Assembly (NCBI GenBank): GCA_964462635.1
Contig: CAYWYJ010000002.1
Location: forward strand, 4,047 to 68,046
Length of the DNA stretch: 64,000 bases
Reading direction: 5' to 3'
Origin: an uncultured Planctomycetales bacterium
GTDB lineage: Bacteria; Planctomycetota; Phycisphaerae; UBA1845; Fen-1342
The notes beneath the pieces are model-generated. The model saw nothing but the letters and a program-made list of their open reading frames with translations. It ran no database searches and had not been told where the DNA came from. The translations under genes were made by a program, and so were the position numbers. Shown in pieces: positions 7,191-16,971 of the stretch; position 1 is the first letter of the stretch; every line of letters begins with the position of its first letter.

Positions 7191-10175
7191 GTGAGCAAGA
7201 CCCGGCGACGGGCGCAGCGGCAGACCCTCCTCGTCGGCCTCGCGGTGACGGCCGCCGTGGCGGTTGTTTATGCGCTGGGCGGATTGGACTGGCTCGAACT
7301 CAAGACCCTCAACCTGCGGTTCCTGTACGCCAACTCGATCACCGAGTCCGACGCCCTGGCGCTGATCGACATTGACGATGAGTCGCTCGTGCTGGTTCGT
7401 CGGTGGCCCTGGCCGCGCGATATTCAGGCGGGGCTGATCGCGATTCTGCACGAGGCGGGGCTGCGGCGCCTGCTCTACGACATCGAGCTGTCCGAGCCGG
7501 AGTTCGTCCGCACCGTCCAGCCGCCGCACGCGGACATCCTCACCGGCCCCGAGCAGCTCGGCGCCGCGGCCGAGGACCTGGCGACGGCGTACCCGGACCA
7601 CGAGCTGCGGCTGGCGATTGCCGACGCGGCCCCGGTGTATCTCGCGTTCCACTATCTGAGCACGCAGGCGGGCGGGCCGATCCCTAACTCCCCTCCCTTC
7701 CAGGTCGCGACGGGCGACTCGCTGTGGCGAGGAGGGGTTGGGGGAGGGTCGAAGGGGTCGTTCGGCGACCGCCCCGCCCCCCCTGTGGTCCCCCCTGGAA
7801 GGGGGGACGGTGAGGAGGGCGAGCCTCCCGACGAGCCGCGGCTCGGCAGGAGCCTCGCCCTCCCGGAGCGTCAGGCGGCGGACTCGCTGACGGCCCGCGT
7901 TCAGCGGTGGTTTGAGAAGCACCCGGAGGCGTGGTACGCGCCGCCGCCGGCGCAGTTCGAGCGGGTGTTCACCGAAGTCGCCGGGGGCGCCCCCGCGCTC
8001 TACGAGGACGCCGCGCAGGCCCTGCGGGCAGCGCTCAACATGGCGGCGACGACGCGCGGCCCGCTCGTGCCGGCGCATGCGGTCGAGGCGATCGCGCCGG
8101 CCGTGCCCGCGCTCGCCCCGGTGTACTTCCCGCACGCCCGCGCCGCGGCCCGCTGCGGTTTCGTCGTCTTCGAGCCCGACCGCGACGGCGTGATGCGGCG
8201 GACGCCGCTGCTGGTGCGCTACTGTGACGCGGTCCTGCCGCAACTGGCGTTTGCAGTCGCGTTTGATGAGCTGCGGTTGGGGCGTGGAGATGTTCAATCC
8301 CGGCCGGGGCGGATGACGTTGCGCGTTCCGGGGCGGGAACGACCACTAGCCGTCCAACTCGATCGCCAGGGCCGAGCGCTGGTGCCCTGGGTGCCTCATC
8401 GACGTTGGAGCGAGCAGTTCGGCCCGCACGTGCCGATGGGTGCCGTCTGGCAGATCTACGACCGGCGGCTGAAGGTGCGACAGAATCAGGAGCTGATCCG
8501 CGATACGCTGGCCGCCCTGCTGGGGGCCGCGTCGGACGCTGACCAGCGCGATGTGCCGGACGCCGGTCCGCCATTTGATGTCGAGCCGTGGCGGGCGTAC
8601 CGCGACGATTTGCGCCGGCGGCTGGAATTGGACGGCGAACTGCGGTTGGCGCGCTACCGTGACGACAGCGACGCCGCCCGACAGATTGGCGAGTGGATCA
8701 AGCAGTACGACGAGTTGTTGAAACAGGAAGAGCCCGCGGTGCGCGCGGCGCTTCAGGGGAGTGCGGGCGTCTCGCCCGCCAGCGTCTCGCCCGCCGCCGC
8801 CTCGATGGACACTCTGCGCCGGGCATTCGCGGCCAACGATGCGTATCAGCGCGAGATCGACGAACTGCTGACGCGGCTGCGGCAGCGCGTGGCCGGCAAG
8901 ATCGGCCTGATCGGCTACACCGCGACCGCGCTGGCCGACATGACGCCGATCCCGACCAGCCCGCGGGCGCCCGGCGTCATCGCGCACGCCAACCTGCTCA
9001 ACGGCCTGCTGACCGGACAGACCGTCCGCTGGTCGCCGTCCTGGCTCAACGTGCTCTTGACGGTCGGTGCGGGTCTGTTGGCGACGCTGGTCAGTGCCCG
9101 CTGGCGGCCGCGGCCCGCGGCGCTGCTGCTGCTGGCGGTCAGCATCGCCTACGCCGCCCTGGCCGGCTGGCTCGCGTTCCACGTCTGGATACTGTGGATC
9201 GCGCTGGTGCCGATCATCGCGGCGGTCACGCTGTGCTTCTTCGCGATCCTTCTGTTTCGCTACGTGTTCCTCGAACGCGAGTCGCGGCAGATCGCCACCG
9301 CCCTCAGCCAGTACACCTCGGCCACGCTTGCCCGGCAAATGGCGGAGAATGCCGAGCTCTGTCGGCGGGCCGAGGTCCGCGAGGTCACGGCGATGTTCAC
9401 CGACCTGGCGGGCTTCACCACGCTGTCGGAGCGGATCGGCGCGACCCGCACGCAGCATGTGCTCAACGTGGTGCTCGGCCGGCTCAGCGAGGTCGTCCTG
9501 CACCACGAGGGAATGATCAACAAGTTCATCGGCGACGGGGTGTTCGCGTTCTGGAACCCGGTCATCTACCCGCAGCCCGACCACGCCCGGCGAGCGTGCG
9601 CGGCCGCGCTCGACATCCAGGTCGCCCTGGGGCTGTTGATCGCCGAGCAGTGGCAGGGCCGCGGCGACGAGGCGTTCAGCGGCCTGCGGCTGCGCATCGG
9701 ACTGGCCACGGGCAACGCCGTCGTCGGGCCCTGCGGCAGCGAGCAGAAGTACGACTACACCTGCATCGGCGACTCGGTGAATGTCGCTTCCCGGCTGGAG
9801 TCCGCCAACAAGTTCTACGGCACGCGCATCCTGGTCAGCGGCGCAACGTACGACCAGGCCGGCACGGGCTTCGTCGTCCGTCCACTTGGCGGCGTGCAGG
9901 TCAAGGGCAAGACCCAGGCCGTGCCGATCTACGAGTTGCTCGGCCATGCCGGGGAGATCGACGAGGGCACGCTGGGGTACGCCGAGCGCTTCGGCGTGGC
10001 CGTCGCGGCTTTTCAGCGGCGGCAGTGGGAAAAGGCGCTCGCGGCCTTCGAAGCCTGCGCTACGGACCGTCCCGACGACCTGGCTGCGACGCACTACTTG
10101 GCCGCGACGCGCGTGTTCCTGGCCTCCCCGCCGCCGGAGGATTGGACCGGGGCGCTGGAGTTGACGGAGAAGTAG
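7191..10175 (+). CDS. CHASE2 sensor domain-containing class III adenylate/guanylate cyclase
   Basis: GTG start. An N-terminal TM is followed by a CHASE2-like periplasmic region and three TM helices (LNVLLTVGAGLLATLV..., LLLLAVSIAYAALAGWLAF..., IIAAVTLCFFAILLF). Cyclase blocks are VTAMFTDLAGFTTLSE, FIGDGVFAFWN and IGDSVNVASRLES. It carries an in-frame repeat-derived insert at about 7688-7864. Confidence 0.9.
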   Translation: MSKTRRRAQRQTLLVGLAVTAAVAVVYALGGLDWLELKTLNLRFLYANSITESDALALIDIDDESLVLVRRWPWPRDIQAGLIAILHEAGLRRLLYDIELSEPEFVRTVQPPHADILTGPEQLGAAAEDLATAYPDHELRLAIADAAPVYLAFHYLSTQAGGPIPNSPPFQVATGDSLWRGGVGGGSKGSFGDRPAPPVVPPGRGDGEEGEPPDEPRLGRSLALPERQAADSLTARVQRWFEKHPEAWYAPPPAQFERVFTEVAGGAPALYEDAAQALRAALNMAATTRGPLVPAHAVEAIAPAVPALAPVYFPHARAAARCGFVVFEPDRDGVMRRTPLLVRYCDAVLPQLAFAVAFDELRLGRGDVQSRPGRMTLRVPGRERPLAVQLDRQGRALVPWVPHRRWSEQFGPHVPMGAVWQIYDRRLKVRQNQELIRDTLAALLGAASDADQRDVPDAGPPFDVEPWRAYRDDLRRRLELDGELRLARYRDDSDAARQIGEWIKQYDELLKQEEPAVRAALQGSAGVSPASVSPAAASMDTLRRAFAANDAYQREIDELLTRLRQRVAGKIGLIGYTATALADMTPIPTSPRAPGVIAHANLLNGLLTGQTVRWSPSWLNVLLTVGAGLLATLVSARWRPRPAALLLLAVSIAYAALAGWLAFHVWILWIALVPIIAAVTLCFFAILLFRYVFLERESRQIATALSQYTSATLARQMAENAELCRRAEVREVTAMFTDLAGFTTLSERIGATRTQHVLNVVLGRLSEVVLHHEGMINKFIGDGVFAFWNPVIYPQPDHARRACAAALDIQVALGLLIAEQWQGRGDEAFSGLRLRIGLATGNAVVGPCGSEQKYDYTCIGDSVNVASRLESANKFYGTRILVSGATYDQAGTGFVVRPLGGVQVKGKTQAVPIYELLGHAGEIDEGTLGYAERFGVAVAAFQRRQWEKALAAFEACATDRPDDLAATHYLAATRVFLASPPPEDWTGALELTEK
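7688..7864. repeat. Composite GC-rich repeat (family C then family A) inserted in-frame in the CHASE2 cyclase
   Basis: 7688-7813 matches the valS segment 36234-36400 (reverse orientation in the window) over both ends, including ggcgactcgctgtggcgaggaggggttgggggagggtc and cccctgtggtcccccctg.aaggggggacggt. 7814-7864 is a family-A palindrome, ggagggcgagcctcccgacgagccgcggctcggcaggagcctcgccctccc. Confidence 0.8.
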
Positions 10176-10370
10176 AGGCTGGAAGCTGTGTATCACAGCT
10201 CGCAGCCGGGTTGGGCTTCGCCAGCGGGTGTGGCACCGGCCAATGGCCGGTGCGTGCCGGTCGGCAGCGGTACGCACGGTCTTCCACAATCCCGCTTTGG
10301 CGTTATGTTGGCACACCGCAGATGCTAACGGCGACCTTGGCGCACGCGCGCCCCAGCCGAGACGAGGAGC

Positions 10371-11786
10371 ATGCTCATGCCCGCAACCGGTCTGCAAATC
10401 GACTTCGCCAACGTTCTCGACGCCGCCGTTGGGGCCATTCACGGCTTGTCGTCGGCGGAGATTCGCCGGGCCGAGGCCCCCGTGAAGGAAGTGGTGACGC
10501 GTATCGAGCGCGAGCGCAAGGCGGGCAAGCACCGCTACCGCGACCTGCCGGCCGACCGGGCCATGTTGCGAACGGTCCAGGCGGCTGTTCGGCGATACCA
10601 GGGCCGGTTCGAGAACCTGGTCGTTCTCGGCATCGGCGGCTCGGCACTGGGCAACATCGCGCTCCAGACCGCCCTGAATCCGCCCTACCACAACCTGCTC
10701 ACCGGCCGCACCCGGCGCGGGCCGCGGCTGTTCGTGATGGACAACGTGGACCCGGTGCAGTTCGGCAACCTCGTGGATGTGCTGGGTCCGTCGTTGAGAA
10801 GGACGCTGTTCAACGTCATCAGCAAGTCCGGCGAGACCGCCGAAACCGCGGCCCAGTTCCTCATCACTCTCGACCTGGTGGCCAGGAAGCTCGGCAAGAA
10901 AGCGCTCACGAAGCACATGGTCGTTACCACCGACCCGGAAGGCGGCACGATGCGCGGCATCGTCGAGCAGCACGGCTTCGACGCCCTGCCCGTGCCGCCG
11001 GGCGTCGGCGGACGCTTCTCCGTGCTCTCGGCCGTCGGGCTGTTCTCGGCCGGAATGTGCGGCATCAAGATCGACAAGCTGCTGGCCGGGGCGGCGGCGA
11101 TGGGGCGGCGCGTCGCGCAGTCGGCGATCGCCAAGAACCCCGCCGCCATGCTCGCCCTGCTGCTGCACGCCTTCTACGTTCGCGGAAAGCGGCTGCACGT
11201 GATGATGCCGTACAGTTACCAGCTCAAGGACCTGGCGGACTGGTACCGGCAGCTTTGGGCGGAGAGCCTGGGCAAGTGCCGCGACCTGGACGGCCAGCCG
11301 ACGATCGCCGGGGCGACGCCGATCAAGGCCCTGGGGGCGACGGACCAGCATTCGCAGGTGCAGCTCTACCGCGAAGGCCCGAACGACAAGGTGTTCATGT
11401 TCCTGGAGGTCGAGAAGTTCGACCGCGATGTCAAGGTCCCGCGTGTCGGCGGGATGCCGGACGAGTTGGGCTACTTGCAAGGCAAGTCGCTGGGGCGACT
11501 GCTGAATGCGGAGAAGCGGGCGACGGAGGCGGCCCTGGTCGCCAGCCAGCGGCCGTGCCTGACGATCCGCTTCCCGCGCGTCAGCGAGGAAGCCGTCGGG
11601 CAGTTCATCCTGCTGTGGGAAGCCGCCACCAGCATCATGGGTTACCTGCTCCACATCGATCCCTACGACCAGCCCGCGGTCCAGCTCGGCAAGGAATACA
11701 CCTTCGCCCTGATGGGCAAGCCGGGATACGACGAACAGGCCCGCTCGCTGACGCGGCCCGGGCGCAGCCGGCGGTTTACCGTGTAG
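10371..11786 (+). CDS. pgi: Glucose-6-phosphate isomerase
   Basis: 471 aa with VVLGIGGSALG, VISKSGETAETAAQF and GATDQHSQVQLYREGP, the characteristic PGI motifs. Confidence 0.9.
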   Translation: MLMPATGLQIDFANVLDAAVGAIHGLSSAEIRRAEAPVKEVVTRIERERKAGKHRYRDLPADRAMLRTVQAAVRRYQGRFENLVVLGIGGSALGNIALQTALNPPYHNLLTGRTRRGPRLFVMDNVDPVQFGNLVDVLGPSLRRTLFNVISKSGETAETAAQFLITLDLVARKLGKKALTKHMVVTTDPEGGTMRGIVEQHGFDALPVPPGVGGRFSVLSAVGLFSAGMCGIKIDKLLAGAAAMGRRVAQSAIAKNPAAMLALLLHAFYVRGKRLHVMMPYSYQLKDLADWYRQLWAESLGKCRDLDGQPTIAGATPIKALGATDQHSQVQLYREGPNDKVFMFLEVEKFDRDVKVPRVGGMPDELGYLQGKSLGRLLNAEKRATEAALVASQRPCLTIRFPRVSEEAVGQFILLWEAATSIMGYLLHIDPYDQPAVQLGKEYTFALMGKPGYDEQARSLTRPGRSRRFTV

Positions 11787-11827
11787 TCGTGTAACGGCGG
11801 CCCCTCCGGCTATCATGTCACGCGCTA

Positions 11828-12517
11828 ATGACGGCCCCGGATCAGGACAACTCCCCGTGCGGCCGGCGGCTGCTCGTGACCGCCGGTCCGACGCACGAGC
11901 CGATCGACGCCGTGCGGTACATCGCCAACCGGTCGAGCGGTCGGCTGGGCGTTTGTCTGGCCGAGGCGGGCCGTGACGCGGGCTGCGACGTCACGCTGCT
12001 GCTCGGACCAGCCCCGGTCCCGCCGCCCGCCGGCGTGCGGACGTTGCGGTTTGGCTCGACCGCCGACCTGGCCGCCTTGCTCGACGAGCACTTTCCGCGG
12101 TGCGACGTGCTCATCATGGCGGCCGCCGTGGCGGACTACCGGCCGCGCCCGGCCGACGTGGCCAAGCTGCCGCGGACCGGTGAGCGATTGGTCATTGAAC
12201 TGGAACCCACGCCCGACCTGGTGGCGGCGTGTGCCGCCCGCAAGCGGCCCGGGCAACGCCTCGTCGGTTTTGCGCTCGAGGCGCCGGCGGTCCTGGAAGT
12301 CCGCGCGCGTCACAAGCTGCGGGCCAAGGGACTGGATGCCGTCGTCGCCAACCCGCTGGACACGATGGGCGCGGCCGACATCCGTGCTACCGTATTCACC
12401 GCGGGCGGCGAAGTCGTGACCCCGCGCCAGGGCGTCGCGTTGGACAAGGCCGAGTTTGCTCGCTGGCTCATTCAGTGGCTGGGCGCCTCCGCACCGACCG
12501 GGGGAGGGCCACCATGA
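11828..12517 (+). CDS. coaB: Phosphopantothenate--cysteine ligase (stand-alone CoaB domain)
   Basis: LLVTAGPTHEPIDAVRYIANRSSGRLG and LIMAAAVADYRP are DFP/CoaB signatures. At 229 aa there is no CoaC flavoprotein domain. The stop overlaps the next start (ATGA at 12514-12517). Confidence 0.85.
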   Translation: MTAPDQDNSPCGRRLLVTAGPTHEPIDAVRYIANRSSGRLGVCLAEAGRDAGCDVTLLLGPAPVPPPAGVRTLRFGSTADLAALLDEHFPRCDVLIMAAAVADYRPRPADVAKLPRTGERLVIELEPTPDLVAACAARKRPGQRLVGFALEAPAVLEVRARHKLRAKGLDAVVANPLDTMGAADIRATVFTAGGEVVTPRQGVALDKAEFARWLIQWLGASAPTGGGPP

Positions 12518-14622
12518 CGCCGGACGACGCCGTGTCGCAGGCCGCACATGAAGCCGAACGACAGCGCCGGCGACTGGCGGAAGCCCGCGCCGAAGCGCTG
12601 GAGACCGAATTGCGGTTCTGTCAGGCGGAGCTGCGGCGGCGCCGCGAGGAAGTGCGTTACCAGCTCGGCGACGCGCTGGTCCGCGCCGTGCGGCCCTCGC
12701 TCGACACCCTGAAGCTCCCCGTCCGCCTGTGGCGGCTGCTGTGTCTCGGCTTGCAGCGTCGCCGGCAACGCGGGCAAGCTCTGGCCGCGGAGGAGCACGC
12801 CGGCCCGACCACTCCCCCCCCTCTTAGGGAGGGGTTGGGGGGGGGGCGGACCACTCCATCCGCGCCGCTCGCCGCCGTCGCGCCCCGTGGTGACACGGGC
12901 TCCGTCGGCGAATGGCCCGCGACGCCGGTCGGCCCCGCCTTCGACCCGGTCCCGCTGGTCTCGGAGCCCTTTGGCCGGGCGCCGCCCGAGCTGCGCCGAC
13001 GCCGCGATCTGCGCATCGCGGCGGTCACCGACGAGTTCTCCTGGTGGGCTTGGCAATTCGAGGCGGACGTGTACACGTTCACGCCGCGGTCCTGGCGCGA
13101 GGTGCTGGAGGAACAGCCGCCGCACTTGCTGCTGGTCGAGTCCGCCTGGGCGGGGTTCAGCGACACCTGGCGGTTTCAAGTGCAGGACCTGGGCCGGTGG
13201 CCGGAGATCGTGCCGCGTTACGCGTTGCCGGAACTGGTCGCGTGGTGTCGCGCGCGCGGCATTCCCACGACGTTCTACAACAAGGAAGACCCGCCGAACT
13301 TCGCCCACTTCGTCGATGCGGCCCGGCTGTTTGACTTCGTGTTCACGTCGGACGCCGACTGCCTTCCGGCGTATCGACGACACCTGGGGCACGAGCGCGT
13401 GTTCGCGTTGCCGTTCGCCGCCCAGCCACGGCTGCACAATCCGGGGTGGGCGGGGCCGCGCGACGGGGCGGTGGCCTTCGCCGGCACGTGGTACCGCGAG
13501 CGGCACACGCGGCGTCAGGACGCGGCGGCGGCGATCCTGCGGCCCGCCCTGGAGTTCGGCCTGCACATCTACGACCGCATGGCGGCCAGCGACGATCCGC
13601 AGTACGAGTGGCCGGCGGCGTACCGGCCGGCGTTGCGCGGCCGGCTGCCGTACGCCCGGATGCTGACGGCCTACAAACGCTACCGGGTGTTCCTGAACAT
13701 CAACAGCGTGGCCGATTCGCCCACGATGTTCGCCCGCCGCGTGTTCGAGCTGCTCGCCTGCGGCACGCCGGTGATTAGTTCGCCCTCCCGCGGCATCGTC
13801 GAACTGCTGGGCGAGGACCTTGTGCTCCTGAGCGCGGATGAGGCGACGACGCGGCGGTGCCTAGAGCGCTTGCTGGGCGACGACGAATACCGCGAACGGC
13901 TGGCCTGGCGTGGCCAGCGGCGGGTGTTCGCGGAGCACACGTATGCGCACCGGCTTGCCGCGATTCTCGACGCCGTCGGCCTCCGTTTGGCCGCGGAAAC
14001 CCTGCCCGCGATAACGATGCTGGCGGCCGTCGCGGACGAGGATGATCTGCGGGGAGCGTGGGAGAACTATCGCCGGCAGACGTACCCACGCAAGCGGCTG
14101 CTGGTGTGCGCCGTGCAGTCGGCGGCGGTGGCGGGGCTGGAACGCGTTGCCGGGGGCGATTCAGCGGTCGCCGCCGTCGTCGCGGAGGGGGCGTCGTGGT
14201 CGCGGGCCTGTGCGGCCGCCGTGGCGAGATGCCGCGAGGGCCATGTGGCGGCCGTCCACCCGCGCCATTTCTACGGTCCCGACTATCTGACGGATTATGC
14301 GCACGCCACTTTGTACGCCGCCGCGCCCGCGATCGGCAAAGCGAGCTACTACGGCGTCGCGGCCGATGGTGACCTGCACGTCGTAAACCCTGGTCAGGAA
14401 TGCCGCGTTGCGGCACCCGTCCAACCGTGGACACTGTGCGTGCCGGCGGGCCTCGTCGCCGCGTTGGCGGAACGACTTGATCACGCCGCCACGCCGGAGG
14501 CGTGGTGGGCCGCGCTACTCACGCACATCGCGGTCGTGTATTCCGCCGACCGCTTTAACTATGTGGAGAGCGTGGCCAAGGAGAGGGTCCGGCCGGAGAC
14601 CGCCGCGGCGGTCGTGGTCTGA
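12514..14622 (+). CDS. CgeB/DUF3880-like glycosyltransferase family protein with N-terminal coiled coil
   Basis: Internal ATG of ORF 12229..14622, translationally coupled to coaB. The block YRVFLNINSVADSPTMFARRVFELLACGTPVISSPSRGIVELLGEDLVLL....RLLGDDEYRERLAWRGQRRVFAEHTYAHR resembles CgeB-type glycosyltransferases. Confidence 0.7.
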   Translation: MTPDDAVSQAAHEAERQRRRLAEARAEALETELRFCQAELRRRREEVRYQLGDALVRAVRPSLDTLKLPVRLWRLLCLGLQRRRQRGQALAAEEHAGPTTPPPLREGLGGGRTTPSAPLAAVAPRGDTGSVGEWPATPVGPAFDPVPLVSEPFGRAPPELRRRRDLRIAAVTDEFSWWAWQFEADVYTFTPRSWREVLEEQPPHLLLVESAWAGFSDTWRFQVQDLGRWPEIVPRYALPELVAWCRARGIPTTFYNKEDPPNFAHFVDAARLFDFVFTSDADCLPAYRRHLGHERVFALPFAAQPRLHNPGWAGPRDGAVAFAGTWYRERHTRRQDAAAAILRPALEFGLHIYDRMAASDDPQYEWPAAYRPALRGRLPYARMLTAYKRYRVFLNINSVADSPTMFARRVFELLACGTPVISSPSRGIVELLGEDLVLLSADEATTRRCLERLLGDDEYRERLAWRGQRRVFAEHTYAHRLAAILDAVGLRLAAETLPAITMLAAVADEDDLRGAWENYRRQTYPRKRLLVCAVQSAAVAGLERVAGGDSAVAAVVAEGASWSRACAAAVARCREGHVAAVHPRHFYGPDYLTDYAHATLYAAAPAIGKASYYGVAADGDLHVVNPGQECRVAAPVQPWTLCVPAGLVAALAERLDHAATPEAWWAALLTHIAVVYSADRFNYVESVAKERVRPETAAAVVV
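12816..12848. repeat. 33-nt GC-rich mini-palindrome flanked by a 9-bp direct repeat inside the glycosyltransferase CDS
   Basis: GACCACTCC (12807-12815) and GACCACTCC (12849-12857) flank cccccctcttagggaggggttggggggggggcg. The insert plus one repeat copy is 42 nt (14 codons, in-frame; peptide PPLREGLGGG). Confidence 0.7.
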
Positions 14623-14652
14623 GGCGCCTGGGGCGAACGTGGCGGCTGGAGT

Positions 14653-16965
14653 CTATTGGGCCGCGGCCGGGAGATACTGGTTCAGCCCGCGCAGGATTTT
14701 CTCCACGTCCGCCGACCGCAGCCGGAAGATGCGCCGCTCCGCGGGCAGCCCCGCGCGGCGTGGCAGGTCCCCGGGCTGCTCCTGCGTCAGGTTCATGACC
14801 ACTTCAGTCCCGTCGGTCAGCTCGATCCGGACCGACGCGGGGGCGGACTCCAGGCCCGCCGCCGCCAGGTCGCCGTCGTGGTATGCCAGCCACGTTTCGA
14901 CGCGCAGCTCCGACAGGTCATGCACGAAGTCCTGCACCTTCTTCTGGTCCAGGGCGACGAAGGGGTCGGGCACGTAGATCCAGCGTTCGCCCTGGCGGGC
15001 CAGCTCCAGCGTCCCGCCGGTGGCGACGACCTGGACCCGTTGCGCTGCGTCGGCGGTGAACGCGAACACCCGCGGCTCGATCAGCTCGGCCGTCAGCGAC
15101 TGCCAGACCGATTCGTCGAGTTCATAGATGAGCGGGTCTTCGTCGCGGCGCGCGTAGCCCACGCCGTTGGCCCGCCCCACCCGCAGCACGTGCGACACGG
15201 CGCCCGCGGCCTCCGGTGACGCGGGGACGGTCGTCGCGGCCGGGGCGGTCACGTCGAAACGGACGGTCGCGGCCGGCGGTTCCAGACCGTAGCGCGCGGG
15301 CTCGTCACGGGCCACCACGTTGCGGGCCCGCAGCCGTGCCAGGTCTTGCGCCAGCGCGCGGGCGGCGGCCACGTTCAACGGGGTGTCGGCCGGCTCGCGC
15401 AACGCCCACCCCTCTCCGTCGCGTTCAATGAGGAACGCCCCGCCATCCCGCTCCACTCGGACGCGCTGCACGCGCTCCAGCGCGTAGCCGAAGACCTCCC
15501 GCGAGCGCAGCGACAGCGGATTCACCGCCAGGCGGGCCGCCTGGGCCTCGCTCACCACCACGACCCCGGGCTGGTCGGCAAGCTGAACGTATGCGTTTCG
15601 CCCGCTGGCCGTCGCGCCGCCGATCCGCAGCACCAACGGCGTCACCCGGCCCGTCGCCGCGATCGACAGCTCGGCCCGCGGCGCGTCCAGGCCGTAGGCG
15701 GCGGGCGCCTCCGGCTCGTCAATGGTGCTGATCGCGCTCAGGTCCTCGATGGCGGTGACGAAGTCCTTGACGGCGTCGTCATCCAGCTCGCCGGCGTCAC
15801 CGACGCCGCGCCACGTCCCATCGCTCTTGCGCAACACCGTGGTCTGCCCGGCCAGCGTCAGGCTGATCTCGGTCAGATCGGCCGCCTTCAGCCGCGTGAC
15901 CCGCGGGTCGCGCAGCTCGTTGAGGTTCGGCACCAGCCCGGTCACCTCGCCGGCCCCGACCGCGACCACGGCCGGTCCGGCGTCGGTCTGCGCGTAACGC
16001 CGCTCGTTCTTCAGGTCCGCGAACCCCCCAATCCGCACAACGTGCGTCTGCGTATCGATCCGGACTTCGGCCGGCTGTGTCTCGGCGGCCTCGGCGGGCG
16101 CCGTCGTCACCGTCCGGCGGTGTTCGGTCGTCAGCGTGACGGTCAGGAACGGCTCGTCCAAACCGTACGGGGTGAGCGAAGTGGGCGCCTCCTCGACAAA
16201 GTCGGCCGCCTGCATCATGGACAGCGGCGACAGCAGCTTCGAGCGGAGCTTGGCCCCGTCCGCATAGGCCCGCGTCGGCTCATTGATGACCCACTCCTCA
16301 CCCGAACGCGAAAAGTCATACGTGCGGCCGTCGTGCTCAATACGGGCCCGCACCACCTCATCCGGTTTGAAACGCAGCAGGCGCTTGGCCCGGTAGTCCT
16401 GGATGCGCTCCTGGACCTGCGGCCGCAGGTCGCGCGCCACGATGTGAATGGTGGGACGCTCGGCCAGCCGCACGTACGTGTCGTTGGACATCGCCGCCTT
16501 CCTGCCGATCTGCACGCCGATGCGCTTCCCCTGCGTGTCCACCAGCGTGATCGTGGCGGCCGGCGGTTCCAGCCCCGCGTCGGCGGCGCTCGGCGCTCCC
16601 GCCGCTCCCGGCTCGAACCGACTCTGCGATTGCAGGCCGGTCAACGTGCGGATCAGCCCGCTCACCTTGAAGTTCTCGGCCTGGGCGGCGAGCGGTTCCA
16701 GCATGCGCCAGTCTGGCTCAACCCCCGCCTCCGCGCTGGCCGCCGGTCGTTCGAGGACCAGCCGCGGCTGGTTCGGCCGCTCCACCTCGACTCGCACGAT
16801 GTCCTCGTCCTTCGGGCGCGGGTCGAGCAGGTCCGTCGTCGCCGGCGTCCGTGGGGACGGCGGCGGCTCCAGGTCGGCCGGCGTCCGTCCGCGTGGAAAC
16901 AGCAGCCACACCAGGCCGACCAAGATGAGCAGCCCCAGCAGCAGTCCGGTGGTCTTGAAGTTCAT
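14653..16965 (-). CDS. DUF4340 domain-containing protein
   Basis: 770 aa with an N-terminal anchor MNFKTTGLLLGLLILVGLVWLLF. It is the last gene of a GldG-type ABC operon, the usual context for DUF4340. Confidence 0.75.
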   Translation of the reverse strand: MNFKTTGLLLGLLILVGLVWLLFPRGRTPADLEPPPSPRTPATTDLLDPRPKDEDIVRVEVERPNQPRLVLERPAASAEAGVEPDWRMLEPLAAQAENFKVSGLIRTLTGLQSQSRFEPGAAGAPSAADAGLEPPAATITLVDTQGKRIGVQIGRKAAMSNDTYVRLAERPTIHIVARDLRPQVQERIQDYRAKRLLRFKPDEVVRARIEHDGRTYDFSRSGEEWVINEPTRAYADGAKLRSKLLSPLSMMQAADFVEEAPTSLTPYGLDEPFLTVTLTTEHRRTVTTAPAEAAETQPAEVRIDTQTHVVRIGGFADLKNERRYAQTDAGPAVVAVGAGEVTGLVPNLNELRDPRVTRLKAADLTEISLTLAGQTTVLRKSDGTWRGVGDAGELDDDAVKDFVTAIEDLSAISTIDEPEAPAAYGLDAPRAELSIAATGRVTPLVLRIGGATASGRNAYVQLADQPGVVVVSEAQAARLAVNPLSLRSREVFGYALERVQRVRVERDGGAFLIERDGEGWALREPADTPLNVAAARALAQDLARLRARNVVARDEPARYGLEPPAATVRFDVTAPAATTVPASPEAAGAVSHVLRVGRANGVGYARRDEDPLIYELDESVWQSLTAELIEPRVFAFTADAAQRVQVVATGGTLELARQGERWIYVPDPFVALDQKKVQDFVHDLSELRVETWLAYHDGDLAAAGLESAPASVRIELTDGTEVVMNLTQEQPGDLPRRAGLPAERRIFRLRSADVEKILRGLNQYLPAAAQ

Positions 16966-16971
16966 GCCCCG

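Noticed and set aside
8346-11816. 1156-aa ORF on the minus strand, and the 1033-aa ORF 8693..11794 in an alternative plus-strand frame, spanning the cyclase and pgi
   Set aside because: Antisense or off-frame to two genes with unambiguous motifs. The translation is Arg/Ala/Gly/Pro-rich with no domain signature. It is a typical high-GC shadow ORF.
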